From the NCBI GenBank assembly GCA_051715345.1, contig JBPXJQ010000003.1, forward strand, positions 1,261-65,260: DNA of 64,000 nt, in the 5' to 3' direction. How positions within the stretch are numbered: the first letter of the stretch is position 1; the number at the start of each line of letters is the position of its first letter. The translations under genes were made by a program, and so were the position numbers. This DNA is from Candidatus Blackallbacteria bacterium (GTDB lineage Bacteria > Cyanobacteriota > Sericytochromatia > UBA7694). The notes below the pieces were generated by a model. It had not been told where the DNA came from, ran no database searches, and worked only from the letters and a program-made list of their open reading frames with translations. Positions 19,564 to 27,299 of this stretch are shown here, piece after piece.

Positions 19564-20651
19564 GGCGTGGTGAAAGAACCCAGATTCAAAACCTTGCTCA
19601 GAGATTGATTGAGTTGATCGAGGGCATTCATCATATTGCGCAGGGCATTTTTGTCAAACTTCTGGGTATCCAACATGCGCTCGGTTTTATCAAAGAAATT
19701 GAGGATCCGTTCAAACTGCGGCGGCACTTTTTCCAATTTGTGTTTGGCCTCTTCCAGATCTTGCCGCTCTTTGATCTCCTTGCGCAGCATGTCCAACTCG
19801 ACGCGCCGCTTGCGAATAAAAGATTTCAGCACAGCCTGGGCCACTTCTGCCGGGTCATTGTTGAGGGCATTCATCATCAGGGCCTTGTCCTCTTCACTCA
19901 TGCCAAAGGCCACCTGCAACTCATTGGCGTTCATATAAGCCATGATCTTATAAGCGGCTTCGATCAATGCATCCATGTGCTGTTCGGCAGCCCATTTTTG
20001 TAAGCGCTCTTCCTCTTCCAACAAGGCCATGGCGTCTTCGTTTTCGTAACGCCACTGGGGTTGGGCCAGAGCTTGCGCTTGGGGATCCGTGGCACGTTCA
20101 AAAAACTGCTGCAGGCTGTCTCCGGCACTGCCACTGGCTTCTGCCGCTGGGATCAGGCCAGCTTGACCGCTACTGGCCAAGCTGGGATCTGGGCTGAGCT
20201 GTTCCATACTCAAGGCCATTTTTACCGCGGTCACTTGATACGACGTGACCCCTGCGGCATTGATCACCGGGGTAAAAATCTCAATCAAGCTGGCGCGTGT
20301 ACTTTCATCGGCGTATTTTTTAACGCTGACAGGCTGGCCTTGGGCAGGCATGACCTCGGCGGGGACTTCATAAGCGGCCACTTGAATTTTAAGATGTAAA
20401 TCGGTGGTGCTGAGCGAAACAGCGCCCCCCATGGAACTCGGGGGAGGAGGCGTTGTCACCTGTTTTTGTTTGCGGGCGGCTTCGGCCAAATGCTCCAATT
20501 GCAGGAAATAGTTCACAAAATCGCGGAACGCGTACTGAACCATATTGCGCTGGGTAGGTGTCAACGCCGGGGAGGCAAGTCCTTCGCCACGGGCCGATTC
20601 GACCTGCTGCAATAATTGGGCTTCCAGCCTTGAAATGGATAAACTTGTCAT
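19560..20651 (-). CDS. Hypothetical protein (acidic, coiled-coil-like C-terminal half)
   Basis: 363-aa ORF, convergent with cmoB and overlapping it by 4 nt. No motif recognised. Confidence 0.55.
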   Translation of the reverse strand: MTSLSISRLEAQLLQQVESARGEGLASPALTPTQRNMVQYAFRDFVNYFLQLEHLAEAARKQKQVTTPPPPSSMGGAVSLSTTDLHLKIQVAAYEVPAEVMPAQGQPVSVKKYADESTRASLIEIFTPVINAAGVTSYQVTAVKMALSMEQLSPDPSLASSGQAGLIPAAEASGSAGDSLQQFFERATDPQAQALAQPQWRYENEDAMALLEEEERLQKWAAEQHMDALIEAAYKIMAYMNANELQVAFGMSEEDKALMMNALNNDPAEVAQAVLKSFIRKRRVELDMLRKEIKERQDLEEAKHKLEKVPPQFERILNFFDKTERMLDTQKFDKNALRNMMNALDQLNQSLSKVLNLGSFTTP

Positions 20652-20869
20652 AAGTTAAAAACAGCCACCTTCAATCAATAGCCGAAACTACCAATACGGA
20701 TTTAATTTCCCTTAAATTAACATATTCAGCACAGGCAGGACAATACGTTAAATTCGCAACCCTGAAGCAGGCTGAATAATCCTGCTCAAAAAGTGTAAGA
20801 TTTTTGCTGCTTTGCCGTCTCTTAAGTACAGAGCAGAAAAATCTGCCAAGCAAAAGGAGAAACTTGAAT

Positions 20870-20998
20870 ATGTCTGATGATTGCTGTCAAAATTGTAATT
20901 GTGGTACCCCAGTGGACAAGGGTTGCTGCTGTGGAGCAGAATGCCTGTGTGGCCCAAATTGCCAATGCCCACCTGAATGCAATTGCCCAGGCAAATAA
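20870..20998 (+). CDS. Metallothionein-like Cys-rich small protein
   Basis: 42 aa: MSDDCCQNCNCGTPVDKGCCCGAECLCGPNCQCPPECNCPGK, with 13 Cys in CC/CxC/CCC arrays. AGGAG (20855-20859) lies 10 nt upstream of ATG 20870. The ORF-track start 20804 is rejected. Confidence 0.65.
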   Translation: MSDDCCQNCNCGTPVDKGCCCGAECLCGPNCQCPPECNCPGK

Positions 20999-21035
20999 GT
21001 CCTGACGCAAAATAAACTTTCCGCAAAGGAATTCA

Positions 21036-21575
21036 ATGACCATGACACAGCGTGAGTCCGACCTCAAACAGGCCCTGTTACAACTGCGCCCGGGCATGAT
21101 CCGCCAGGTAACGATCCGGACGGGCTCACGCGATCTGGCCGAAGAGGTGGTACAAGTGGCCTTGCTCAAAGCCCTTGAAGGGTTGGACCGCTTAAAAGAT
21201 CCTCGCCGCCTGAAAAGTTGGTTTGGCACGATTGTGCAACACAGCCTGCAAGACGAATTCCGACAGTGGTCGCGACAGGCCCCTTTAGAGCAGGCCGAAA
21301 GTCTGCCCGATTTACAGGCTGAAGAAAAAGCCGAGCCACCGCTGAGCTGTGGCTGCGTCTTGAAATTATTGCCCACTCTGCGACCGGCTTACGCTCAATT
21401 ATTGGAAGCGGTGGATCTGCGCGGCGACTCGCTGCAGAAATTGGCCCAAAACTGGGGGCTGAGCCCCAACAATCTGTCGGTGCGCTTGCACCGTGCCCGC
21501 CAGGCCCTGCGCAAAAAATTGGGTCAGCGCTGTGGCACACACTCTGTGGCCGCTTGCCTGGAATGCGGCTGTTAA
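21036..21575 (+). CDS. ECF sigma factor with C-terminal Cys-rich extension (CorE-like)
   Basis: 179 aa. Sigma-2 and sigma-4 regions (DLAEEVVQVALLKALEGL; LSPNNLSVRLHRARQALRKKL). A CxC (SCGCV) sits between the regions, and the C-terminal tail is QRCGTHSVAACLECGC. No anti-sigma gene is adjacent. Confidence 0.75.
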   Translation: MTMTQRESDLKQALLQLRPGMIRQVTIRTGSRDLAEEVVQVALLKALEGLDRLKDPRRLKSWFGTIVQHSLQDEFRQWSRQAPLEQAESLPDLQAEEKAEPPLSCGCVLKLLPTLRPAYAQLLEAVDLRGDSLQKLAQNWGLSPNNLSVRLHRARQALRKKLGQRCGTHSVAACLECGC

Positions 21576-21682
21576 AAACCCGACTCTCTCTGTTTTCAAA
21601 AAAGCAAGATCCTGGTTTAAAATTGGGATAGACTGACAAGGACCTTCAGGTTCAAATTTAAGATCAGTGGCAGGCGACATTT

Positions 21683-22870
21683 ATGAGTCCCGGATTGACA
21701 TTTGAAAAAGAGATCTCGTTGCGTGGCGACAATAAAACCTATAAAAAGGTGGCCCTCAATCTCAAACGCAATCAGCAGCAGGACAATACCGATGCCTTGG
21801 ACTCACTGGCAGAGACTTTTAATTACAGTGAGTGTGCCCACGAATACTGGAACCCCGAAGAATTCTCGCTGCTCTACGGCACGCCGCTCTGGGATCAGGC
21901 CACCCAAGCCCAACGTGTGCTGCTCAACCAACTCTATTGGATTGGCTATTATTCCCAGATCATCTCTGCTGAAATTGCCACGATCTTTTTGAACCAGACT
22001 GCTGCAGCCGGCCTCTATGGCATGGAAGACTTTCGCATTGTCTGCGACTCACTCGACTTTGAATCCCACCAAGAGCGGGCACATATCAACGCCTTTAAGA
22101 CGATCTCCGAAGCCACCGAGCGTGAAGTCTTTGGTGAGCGGATTTTCAGTTACCCGATGAAAAATTTCGCCAGCGAGACCATGATTTTCCAAGACACAAA
22201 TCCCTTTCGCGAGCGCTGGAAAAAATTTCAATTGCACTTTTTCGCCTTTCTCTCTTCTTCAAATGCCTTTATTGCCAGTCAATACCTCACAGTGCGGGGC
22301 ATGCGCACCCTGAATGGTAAAATAGTCCAGCATCAGCTCAGCCAGTATTACGAAAAACATGCAGATCAGGCCAACGCGCCGATACCAGCCAAGATCAGCT
22401 ACCATCACTTTTTGGATGAGTCCTATCACTTCAACAATTCCACCCTGATTGGTCATGAAGTGGTCAAAAGCCTCAAGCCCCCCACCCCGTTTGAGAAAAA
22501 GATCGTCAATATGTCGATCTGGGGCTGCCAAAAAGATCACTTTAATTTTAATTGCTCAGTCAATGGCATCTTCTGGTACGAACCCGCGATTTTTGGCACG
22601 ATCTACAAGGTGCTGCGCAGCCGGGCCTTTGGCTTTGAACACCAGGCCGCCCTGGATATGATTGATAAGTGCTTTTGCCAGGAAAACGAAGGCGTGAATC
22701 TGGCTTACAAGACCCACAAAGTGGCCCGGGAGTCCTATGAACAATACCTGAGTGATCTGGACTTCCTCAGCCCCGAAAACAAAAGCGTGAAATTGATGAA
22801 GCAGTCCAGCATTGAGCATTATCTGCAAACCAATCGCCGGGCCTTCCAAAGCTTTAAACCGGCCGCCTAA
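21683..22870 (+). CDS. AurF-like ferritin-fold diiron oxygenase
   Basis: 395 aa. Two E-x-x-H motifs in helical context (ESHQERAHINAF and LDESYHFNNS). The overall resemblance to the p-aminobenzoate N-oxygenase (AurF) family was judged by eye. Confidence 0.6.
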   Translation: MSPGLTFEKEISLRGDNKTYKKVALNLKRNQQQDNTDALDSLAETFNYSECAHEYWNPEEFSLLYGTPLWDQATQAQRVLLNQLYWIGYYSQIISAEIATIFLNQTAAAGLYGMEDFRIVCDSLDFESHQERAHINAFKTISEATEREVFGERIFSYPMKNFASETMIFQDTNPFRERWKKFQLHFFAFLSSSNAFIASQYLTVRGMRTLNGKIVQHQLSQYYEKHADQANAPIPAKISYHHFLDESYHFNNSTLIGHEVVKSLKPPTPFEKKIVNMSIWGCQKDHFNFNCSVNGIFWYEPAIFGTIYKVLRSRAFGFEHQAALDMIDKCFCQENEGVNLAYKTHKVARESYEQYLSDLDFLSPENKSVKLMKQSSIEHYLQTNRRAFQSFKPAA

Positions 22871-22907
22871 CAAAGAGCCACTGAGAAAAATAGGCGAAAC
22901 AAACACG

Positions 22908-23198
22908 ATGCAACGGCACCGGCTGGAATTTTCGAATGGCACAGCGATTGACGTCAACGCGGGAGAGAAGCTCTCGGAGTCGCTTGATGTCACCAACTCG
23001 CCGATCTTATTTGGCTGTCGCACAGGTATTTGCGCCACCTGTTTGGTGCAGGTATTGGCAGGCATGGAAAACCTCTCGCCCCTGAGCGAAGACGAAGAAG
23101 AGGTGCTTGAGATCTACGCCGAGGACCGCCCCAATTGCCGATTGTCCTGCCAACTCAGGCTCTCAGGCCCTGCCAAACTGGCGTATATCGGAAAATAA
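22908..23198 (+). CDS. Plant-type 2Fe-2S ferredoxin
   Basis: 96 aa from ATG 22908. C-x4-C-x2-C (CRTGICATC) plus a distal Cys (NCRLSCQL). Confidence 0.8.
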   Translation: MQRHRLEFSNGTAIDVNAGEKLSESLDVTNSPILFGCRTGICATCLVQVLAGMENLSPLSEDEEEVLEIYAEDRPNCRLSCQLRLSGPAKLAYIGK

Positions 23199-23209
23199 GA
23201 GGCCGTTTT

Positions 23210-24334
23210 ATGCACGCTCCCGAAAAAATGATTCCCGAACAGCTTGAGCTCGGCGCTCAGGGCGAGCAGCAGTTGCCCATGCAGGCGCCCATGCAGGCCC
23301 CCACCCAACCCGTCTCGTTTAAACACTATTGGTATATTGCCTGCCAGACCCATGAACTCAAAGCCAACCAAGCGATACAGCGCACGGTGATGGATGAATG
23401 GATTGCCTTATTTCGGGACGAAAATGGCCAGCCTGTTGCTTTACAGGATCGCTGTCCGCACCGCAATTTTAAACTCTCCCAGGGCTATGTCAAAGACGGC
23501 CTCTTGCAATGCCCGTATCATGGCTGGGTCTTTGATAAAACAGCCCAGGTTGTGGCCATTCCCTCTGAGAGCAAAAATTTTAAACCGCTCAAATCCCGCT
23601 GTGCCAAACGTTTTGAGGTCATGGAGATCGATGATTTTATCTTTGTGCGCCTCGAAAGCCACCCCGAACTCCAGGCCCCGCCCTTTCGCTCCCCCCATTA
23701 TGGCGAAAAGGGCTACCGCACGGAACGCCTGTTTAATATCTTTAAAAACAATGTCACCAATTGTGCCGAAAACTATGTCGATGTGCCGCACACGGTCTTT
23801 GTCCACGACAAGATCTTTCGCGTCAGCCGCGATGAAAAAGTCGACGCCACTGTCGAGCGTAAAAACGGCAGCGTGATTGTCGATTACCGCAATGAAACCG
23901 ACAATATGGGCTGGTTCTCGCTCTTTCTCAACCCCAAAAAAGAAAAAATAGTCCACCGCGACTTTTTCCATGTTCCCAATATCACCAGCGTGGAGTATAT
24001 TTTTTCGCCCGGCAAAGAATTTTATATCACCTCCCACAGCACGCCAGTGAATGACCAATTGACCTATGTTTACACCGATTTGACCTACCGCTTTGGCATC
24101 TTTAATCCCTTTGCAGGCCCGATTGTGCGCTATCAAGGCCAAAGCGTGATCGACCAAGACATTGTCGTTTTAGACACCCAAATGGAAGTCATTCAAAAAT
24201 ACGGCGAGCGCTTCTCCAATGCCACTGCGGATATTGTGCATGTGATGATCGAATCTCTGCGCAACGCCATTGCCAAAGGCCAGAATCCCCACACCCTGAG
24301 CGAGCAAAAACACGATTTTGAATTTTGGATCTAG
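23210..24334 (+). CDS. Rieske 2Fe-2S non-heme-iron oxygenase (PaO/Tic55-like)
   Basis: Rieske motif CPHRNFKLSQGYVKDGLLQCPYH. Mononuclear iron motif ENYVDVPHTVFVH (E-N-x2-D-x2-H-x4-H). ATG 23210 lies 11 nt after the ferredoxin stop. Confidence 0.85.
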   Translation: MHAPEKMIPEQLELGAQGEQQLPMQAPMQAPTQPVSFKHYWYIACQTHELKANQAIQRTVMDEWIALFRDENGQPVALQDRCPHRNFKLSQGYVKDGLLQCPYHGWVFDKTAQVVAIPSESKNFKPLKSRCAKRFEVMEIDDFIFVRLESHPELQAPPFRSPHYGEKGYRTERLFNIFKNNVTNCAENYVDVPHTVFVHDKIFRVSRDEKVDATVERKNGSVIVDYRNETDNMGWFSLFLNPKKEKIVHRDFFHVPNITSVEYIFSPGKEFYITSHSTPVNDQLTYVYTDLTYRFGIFNPFAGPIVRYQGQSVIDQDIVVLDTQMEVIQKYGERFSNATADIVHVMIESLRNAIAKGQNPHTLSEQKHDFEFWI

Positions 24335-24337
24335 ACC

Positions 24338-25078
24338 ATGCTTGAACTGCTGGTCTTTTGGCTGCTCTTTGTCTGGTTGCTGCGCTCGCCCCAGGCCCGC
24401 CAGGACTTAAAAAACAAAACGCCTTTTGAGTGGCTGCTCGACGGCAGCAATTTATTGATCCAGGGCTTTTTAATTCCTTTTTTGCGGGTGGCTGTCCTTT
24501 GGGTGCTGCTCAAACAGGTTTGGCCCGCTGGCCAGGGCCTCTGGCGCATGGGCAATGGGCTGGGATTTTTGCTCTGTTTTATCGGCGTGGACTATCTCTA
24601 TTATTGGAACCACCGCATTTTTCACCTGCGTAAGATCTTTCCCGTACACCTGATTCACCACAGCGTAACCCGTATGGACGTGATGGCGACCTCGCGCAAC
24701 ACCCTTTGGACCAGCTTTGTGATCGTCTATCTCTGGGTCAATGGCCTGATGCTCTACCTGACAGATCTCAATGCTGGGTTTATACTGGCCATGAGCCTGA
24801 CCGCCTGTTTGGACATGTGGAAACATTCCAACCTGCTCCAAGAACGCCCCCAATGGCAAGCCCTGCTGTCTAAATATCTGGGTTTAATGACGCCCCTGGA
24901 ACACGCTTGGCACCACTCCCACAAACTGAATCAAAACTTCGGCGCCAATTTTAACCTCTTTGATAAATTACACGGCACCTATACCGCCGAAAGCGCTTAT
25001 CCCGAGCGCCTGGGCGTGAGTGTGGCCAAGCTCAAACCCTGGCAACAATTGTTCTTTCCCTTTCAGGCCCGCCCATGA
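24338..25078 (+). CDS. Fatty-acid hydroxylase / sterol desaturase superfamily membrane di-iron enzyme
   Basis: His boxes HRIFH, HLIHH and HAWHHSH in a polytopic membrane protein. The start is 3 nt after the Rieske stop. Confidence 0.8.
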   Translation: MLELLVFWLLFVWLLRSPQARQDLKNKTPFEWLLDGSNLLIQGFLIPFLRVAVLWVLLKQVWPAGQGLWRMGNGLGFLLCFIGVDYLYYWNHRIFHLRKIFPVHLIHHSVTRMDVMATSRNTLWTSFVIVYLWVNGLMLYLTDLNAGFILAMSLTACLDMWKHSNLLQERPQWQALLSKYLGLMTPLEHAWHHSHKLNQNFGANFNLFDKLHGTYTAESAYPERLGVSVAKLKPWQQLFFPFQARP

Positions 25079-25761
25079 CCTTGCTCTCGACCCTGCTCTC
25101 CTTTTTTCCGCTTTCGGTGCTGCTGCTGGCGGGTGGGGCTTTTTATTACCTGCTTGTATCTCCGAGTTGGCAGGGAATCGTGGCCCTGCTCGGGGTGCTC
25201 TATCTTTACCCTGTGGCGGTCTTTCGTCTGATCAACCTCTTTTGGCCGCTCAAAGAAGGGCGCTATGACCTGCGCCAAAACAAATACAATCCCTGGTGGG
25301 GCAGCCACCAAATCCAATTGATCTACTTTGCCTGCCCCTGGCTGGAGGCCTTGCTGCGCCTGATTCCTGGCGTTTACAGTTTTTGGCTGCGGCTCTGGGG
25401 CGCAAAAATTGGCAAAGGCATTTACTGGACTCCGAACGTGCAAATTGATGACCGGCCGCTGACAGACATCGGCAGCGGCGTGATTATTGGGCACAAATTG
25501 CATTTTATCAGCCACGTGATTCTGCCCTACAAAGACAAATTGCCGCTGTACGTCAAACGCATCAGTGTGGGGGATCATTGCTTTTTGGGGGCGGGCTCTC
25601 GGCTGGGACCCGGCGTGGTGGTCGAAAACAGCACCTGCCTACCGATTCTGACCGAAGGAAAAATCAACCAACACTTTGCAACGGGCAATTATATTACGGG
25701 CCCAAACACAGCCCAAAACACAGTCCAAAACACAGGCAAAAACACGGAAAATCCGGCGTGA
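25075..25761 (+). CDS. Membrane protein with left-handed beta-helix (hexapeptide) domain, resembling the C-terminal TM/LbH modules of Pls-type synthetases
   Basis: Two N-terminal TM helices. WLRLWGAKIGKGIYW, then hexapeptide-like IGSGVIIGHKLHF and ISVGDHCFLGAGSRLGPGVVVENS. ATGA overlap with the upstream gene. Confidence 0.6.
   Translation: MTLLSTLLSFFPLSVLLLAGGAFYYLLVSPSWQGIVALLGVLYLYPVAVFRLINLFWPLKEGRYDLRQNKYNPWWGSHQIQLIYFACPWLEALLRLIPGVYSFWLRLWGAKIGKGIYWTPNVQIDDRPLTDIGSGVIIGHKLHFISHVILPYKDKLPLYVKRISVGDHCFLGAGSRLGPGVVVENSTCLPILTEGKINQHFATGNYITGPNTAQNTVQNTGKNTENPA
25700..25747 (+). repeat. Four tandem copies of a roughly 12-nt unit (CCAAAACACAG-like) at the 3' end of the LbH gene
   Basis: cccaaacacag / cccaaaacacag / tccaaaacacag / gcaaaaacacgg. 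It encodes PNTA-QNTV-QNTG-KNTE. Confidence 0.8.
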
Positions 25762-27299
25762 GAGGCTTGCTTTTAAAGGCCTTTCGGCTGGCCACAGCAC
25801 CTATTTGGAAACGTTTTGAGGCCGATTTACACCAGCCCTTGAAAGCCCAAATGCGTACCCTGAGTGCCATTCTCAAATTGGCCAACACAGCCGGAATAGA
25901 GACCTACGCAGATTTTCAGCAACTCCCTTTGCGCAGCTACGAAGAGTTCGAAGCCCAGATCTTAAAGGCCGAACAAACAGGGCACAACTTTCTCAGCCGT
26001 GAAAAACCCAAGACCCACGAACCGACCAGTGGCTCCAGTGGCGCCCGCAAATTGATACCCTATACCCCGGCGCTCTTAAACGGGTTTACCCAACTCTTTT
26101 TACTCTGGGCCCACGATCTGCTCAGCCACGGGCCACACCTCAAGGGCGGACGCCTCTACTTTAGTGTCTCGCCCCAGTTTCACGAAACCAAGCACGGCCT
26201 CAATGACGACAGTGATTACCTGACAGGCCTAACAGGTCAGCTGTTTAAAGCCTTTGTGCTGGTGCCCCCCCAAATCAAAAAGCTGAAAAACCCCGATGAT
26301 TTTTTTTATGTGCTGGCGCGTTATTGGCTGGGAGCTGACGATCTGGAAGTGATCTCGATTTGGTCGCCCAGTTTTATGCTGGCCATCTTGGACTATATTC
26401 AAAGCCATGCTTCAGCCCTGATCGCCTCGGGCCAGACAGGCCAAATTCAGATCGCAGGCCAGAGCTTTACACCGGGTGCAATTTCGGCCGCTAAACAGGC
26501 CGAATTACAAAAGCCCCAGCCCAATTGGCAAAAACTCTTTCCGGGCCTCAAGCTGATCTCTGCTTGGGGGGCCCAGAATTCAGCCACGGGGTTTCAGCAA
26601 TTAAAGACCCTGTTCCCAGATGTACATCTGCAAGAAAAAGGCCTGCTCGCCACCGAAGCCCCTTTGAGTTTCCCCTCTGAGCGCCACCAGGCCTTTTTGC
26701 CGCTTTTAAACGAAGTTTTCTTTGAATTCCTCGATGCCGAAGGCCAATTATGGCAACTGGATCAGGTGGCTGTTGGCGAGAGCTATGAATTGCTGATCAG
26801 CCAAAAATCGGGGCTGCTGCGTTACCGGCTCAAAGACCGTGTCAGAATTGAGAAAAAGGTCTTCAACACCCCCTGTTTTCAGTTTATCGGCAGGGGTGAA
26901 AATCTCTGCGATCTTGTCGGCGAAAAGCTCAACGAGACCTTTGTGGCAGAGCTGGCCAAGCAGCTCTGCCCGGGCAATTATCTCTGCCTTGTGCCCGATT
27001 TGGCCACACGGGGGTATACCCTTTTTTCGGAGCAAACCGTAGATTTGGAGCGCTTTGAACAGGGCCTAAGACAATCGCCCCATTACCACAATGCCCGCGA
27101 ACTCAAGCAATTATCGCCGCTGCAGGGGCAAATCACCCCAGATCTGCAAACCCGGCTCAAGGCCTTTTTTAGCCAAGTCAGAGGTCTGAAGCTGGGAGAT
27201 ATCAAAGACAGCTATCTTTACAGCCGCGAAACCAACGGGGAACTCTTGGCCTATTTAATTTTGGCAGTTTTAAGCCCCGTGGTCGTTTCAGAGACTTAA
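25758..27299 (+). CDS. GH3-family acyl-acid amido synthetase (adenylate-forming)
   Basis: GTG 25758 overlaps the upstream TGA (GTGA). It is the only plausible start, because the next in-frame ATG would truncate the conserved N-terminus. Adenylation motif EPTSGSSGARKLIPYT. About 510-aa length and overall pattern typical of bacterial GH3 proteins. Confidence 0.7.
   Translation: MRGLLLKAFRLATAPIWKRFEADLHQPLKAQMRTLSAILKLANTAGIETYADFQQLPLRSYEEFEAQILKAEQTGHNFLSREKPKTHEPTSGSSGARKLIPYTPALLNGFTQLFLLWAHDLLSHGPHLKGGRLYFSVSPQFHETKHGLNDDSDYLTGLTGQLFKAFVLVPPQIKKLKNPDDFFYVLARYWLGADDLEVISIWSPSFMLAILDYIQSHASALIASGQTGQIQIAGQSFTPGAISAAKQAELQKPQPNWQKLFPGLKLISAWGAQNSATGFQQLKTLFPDVHLQEKGLLATEAPLSFPSERHQAFLPLLNEVFFEFLDAEGQLWQLDQVAVGESYELLISQKSGLLRYRLKDRVRIEKKVFNTPCFQFIGRGENLCDLVGEKLNETFVAELAKQLCPGNYLCLVPDLATRGYTLFSEQTVDLERFEQGLRQSPHYHNARELKQLSPLQGQITPDLQTRLKAFFSQVRGLKLGDIKDSYLYSRETNGELLAYLILAVLSPVVVSET

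Noticed and set aside
15570-20651. Calling this region a flagellar or type III secretion locus
   Set aside because: Only the ATPase is recognisable. The TPR protein, cmoB and the 363-aa hypothetical protein show no flagellar or T3SS signatures, so only an orphan ATPase is claimed.
20804-20869. Upstream 22 codons of the 64-aa ORF-track version of the metallothionein-like gene
   Set aside because: It begins at a non-ATG start with no RBS and adds a non-Cys hydrophobic/basic leader. ATG 20870 has an AGGAG at suitable spacing and yields a compact Cys-rich peptide.
25578-25757. N-terminal 60 codons of the ORF-track version of the GH3 gene (start 25578)
   Set aside because: It overlaps the LbH gene out of frame and translates the 12-nt repeat as KHSPKHSPKH. 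GTG 25758 gives the classic GTGA coupling and a GH3-like N-terminus.
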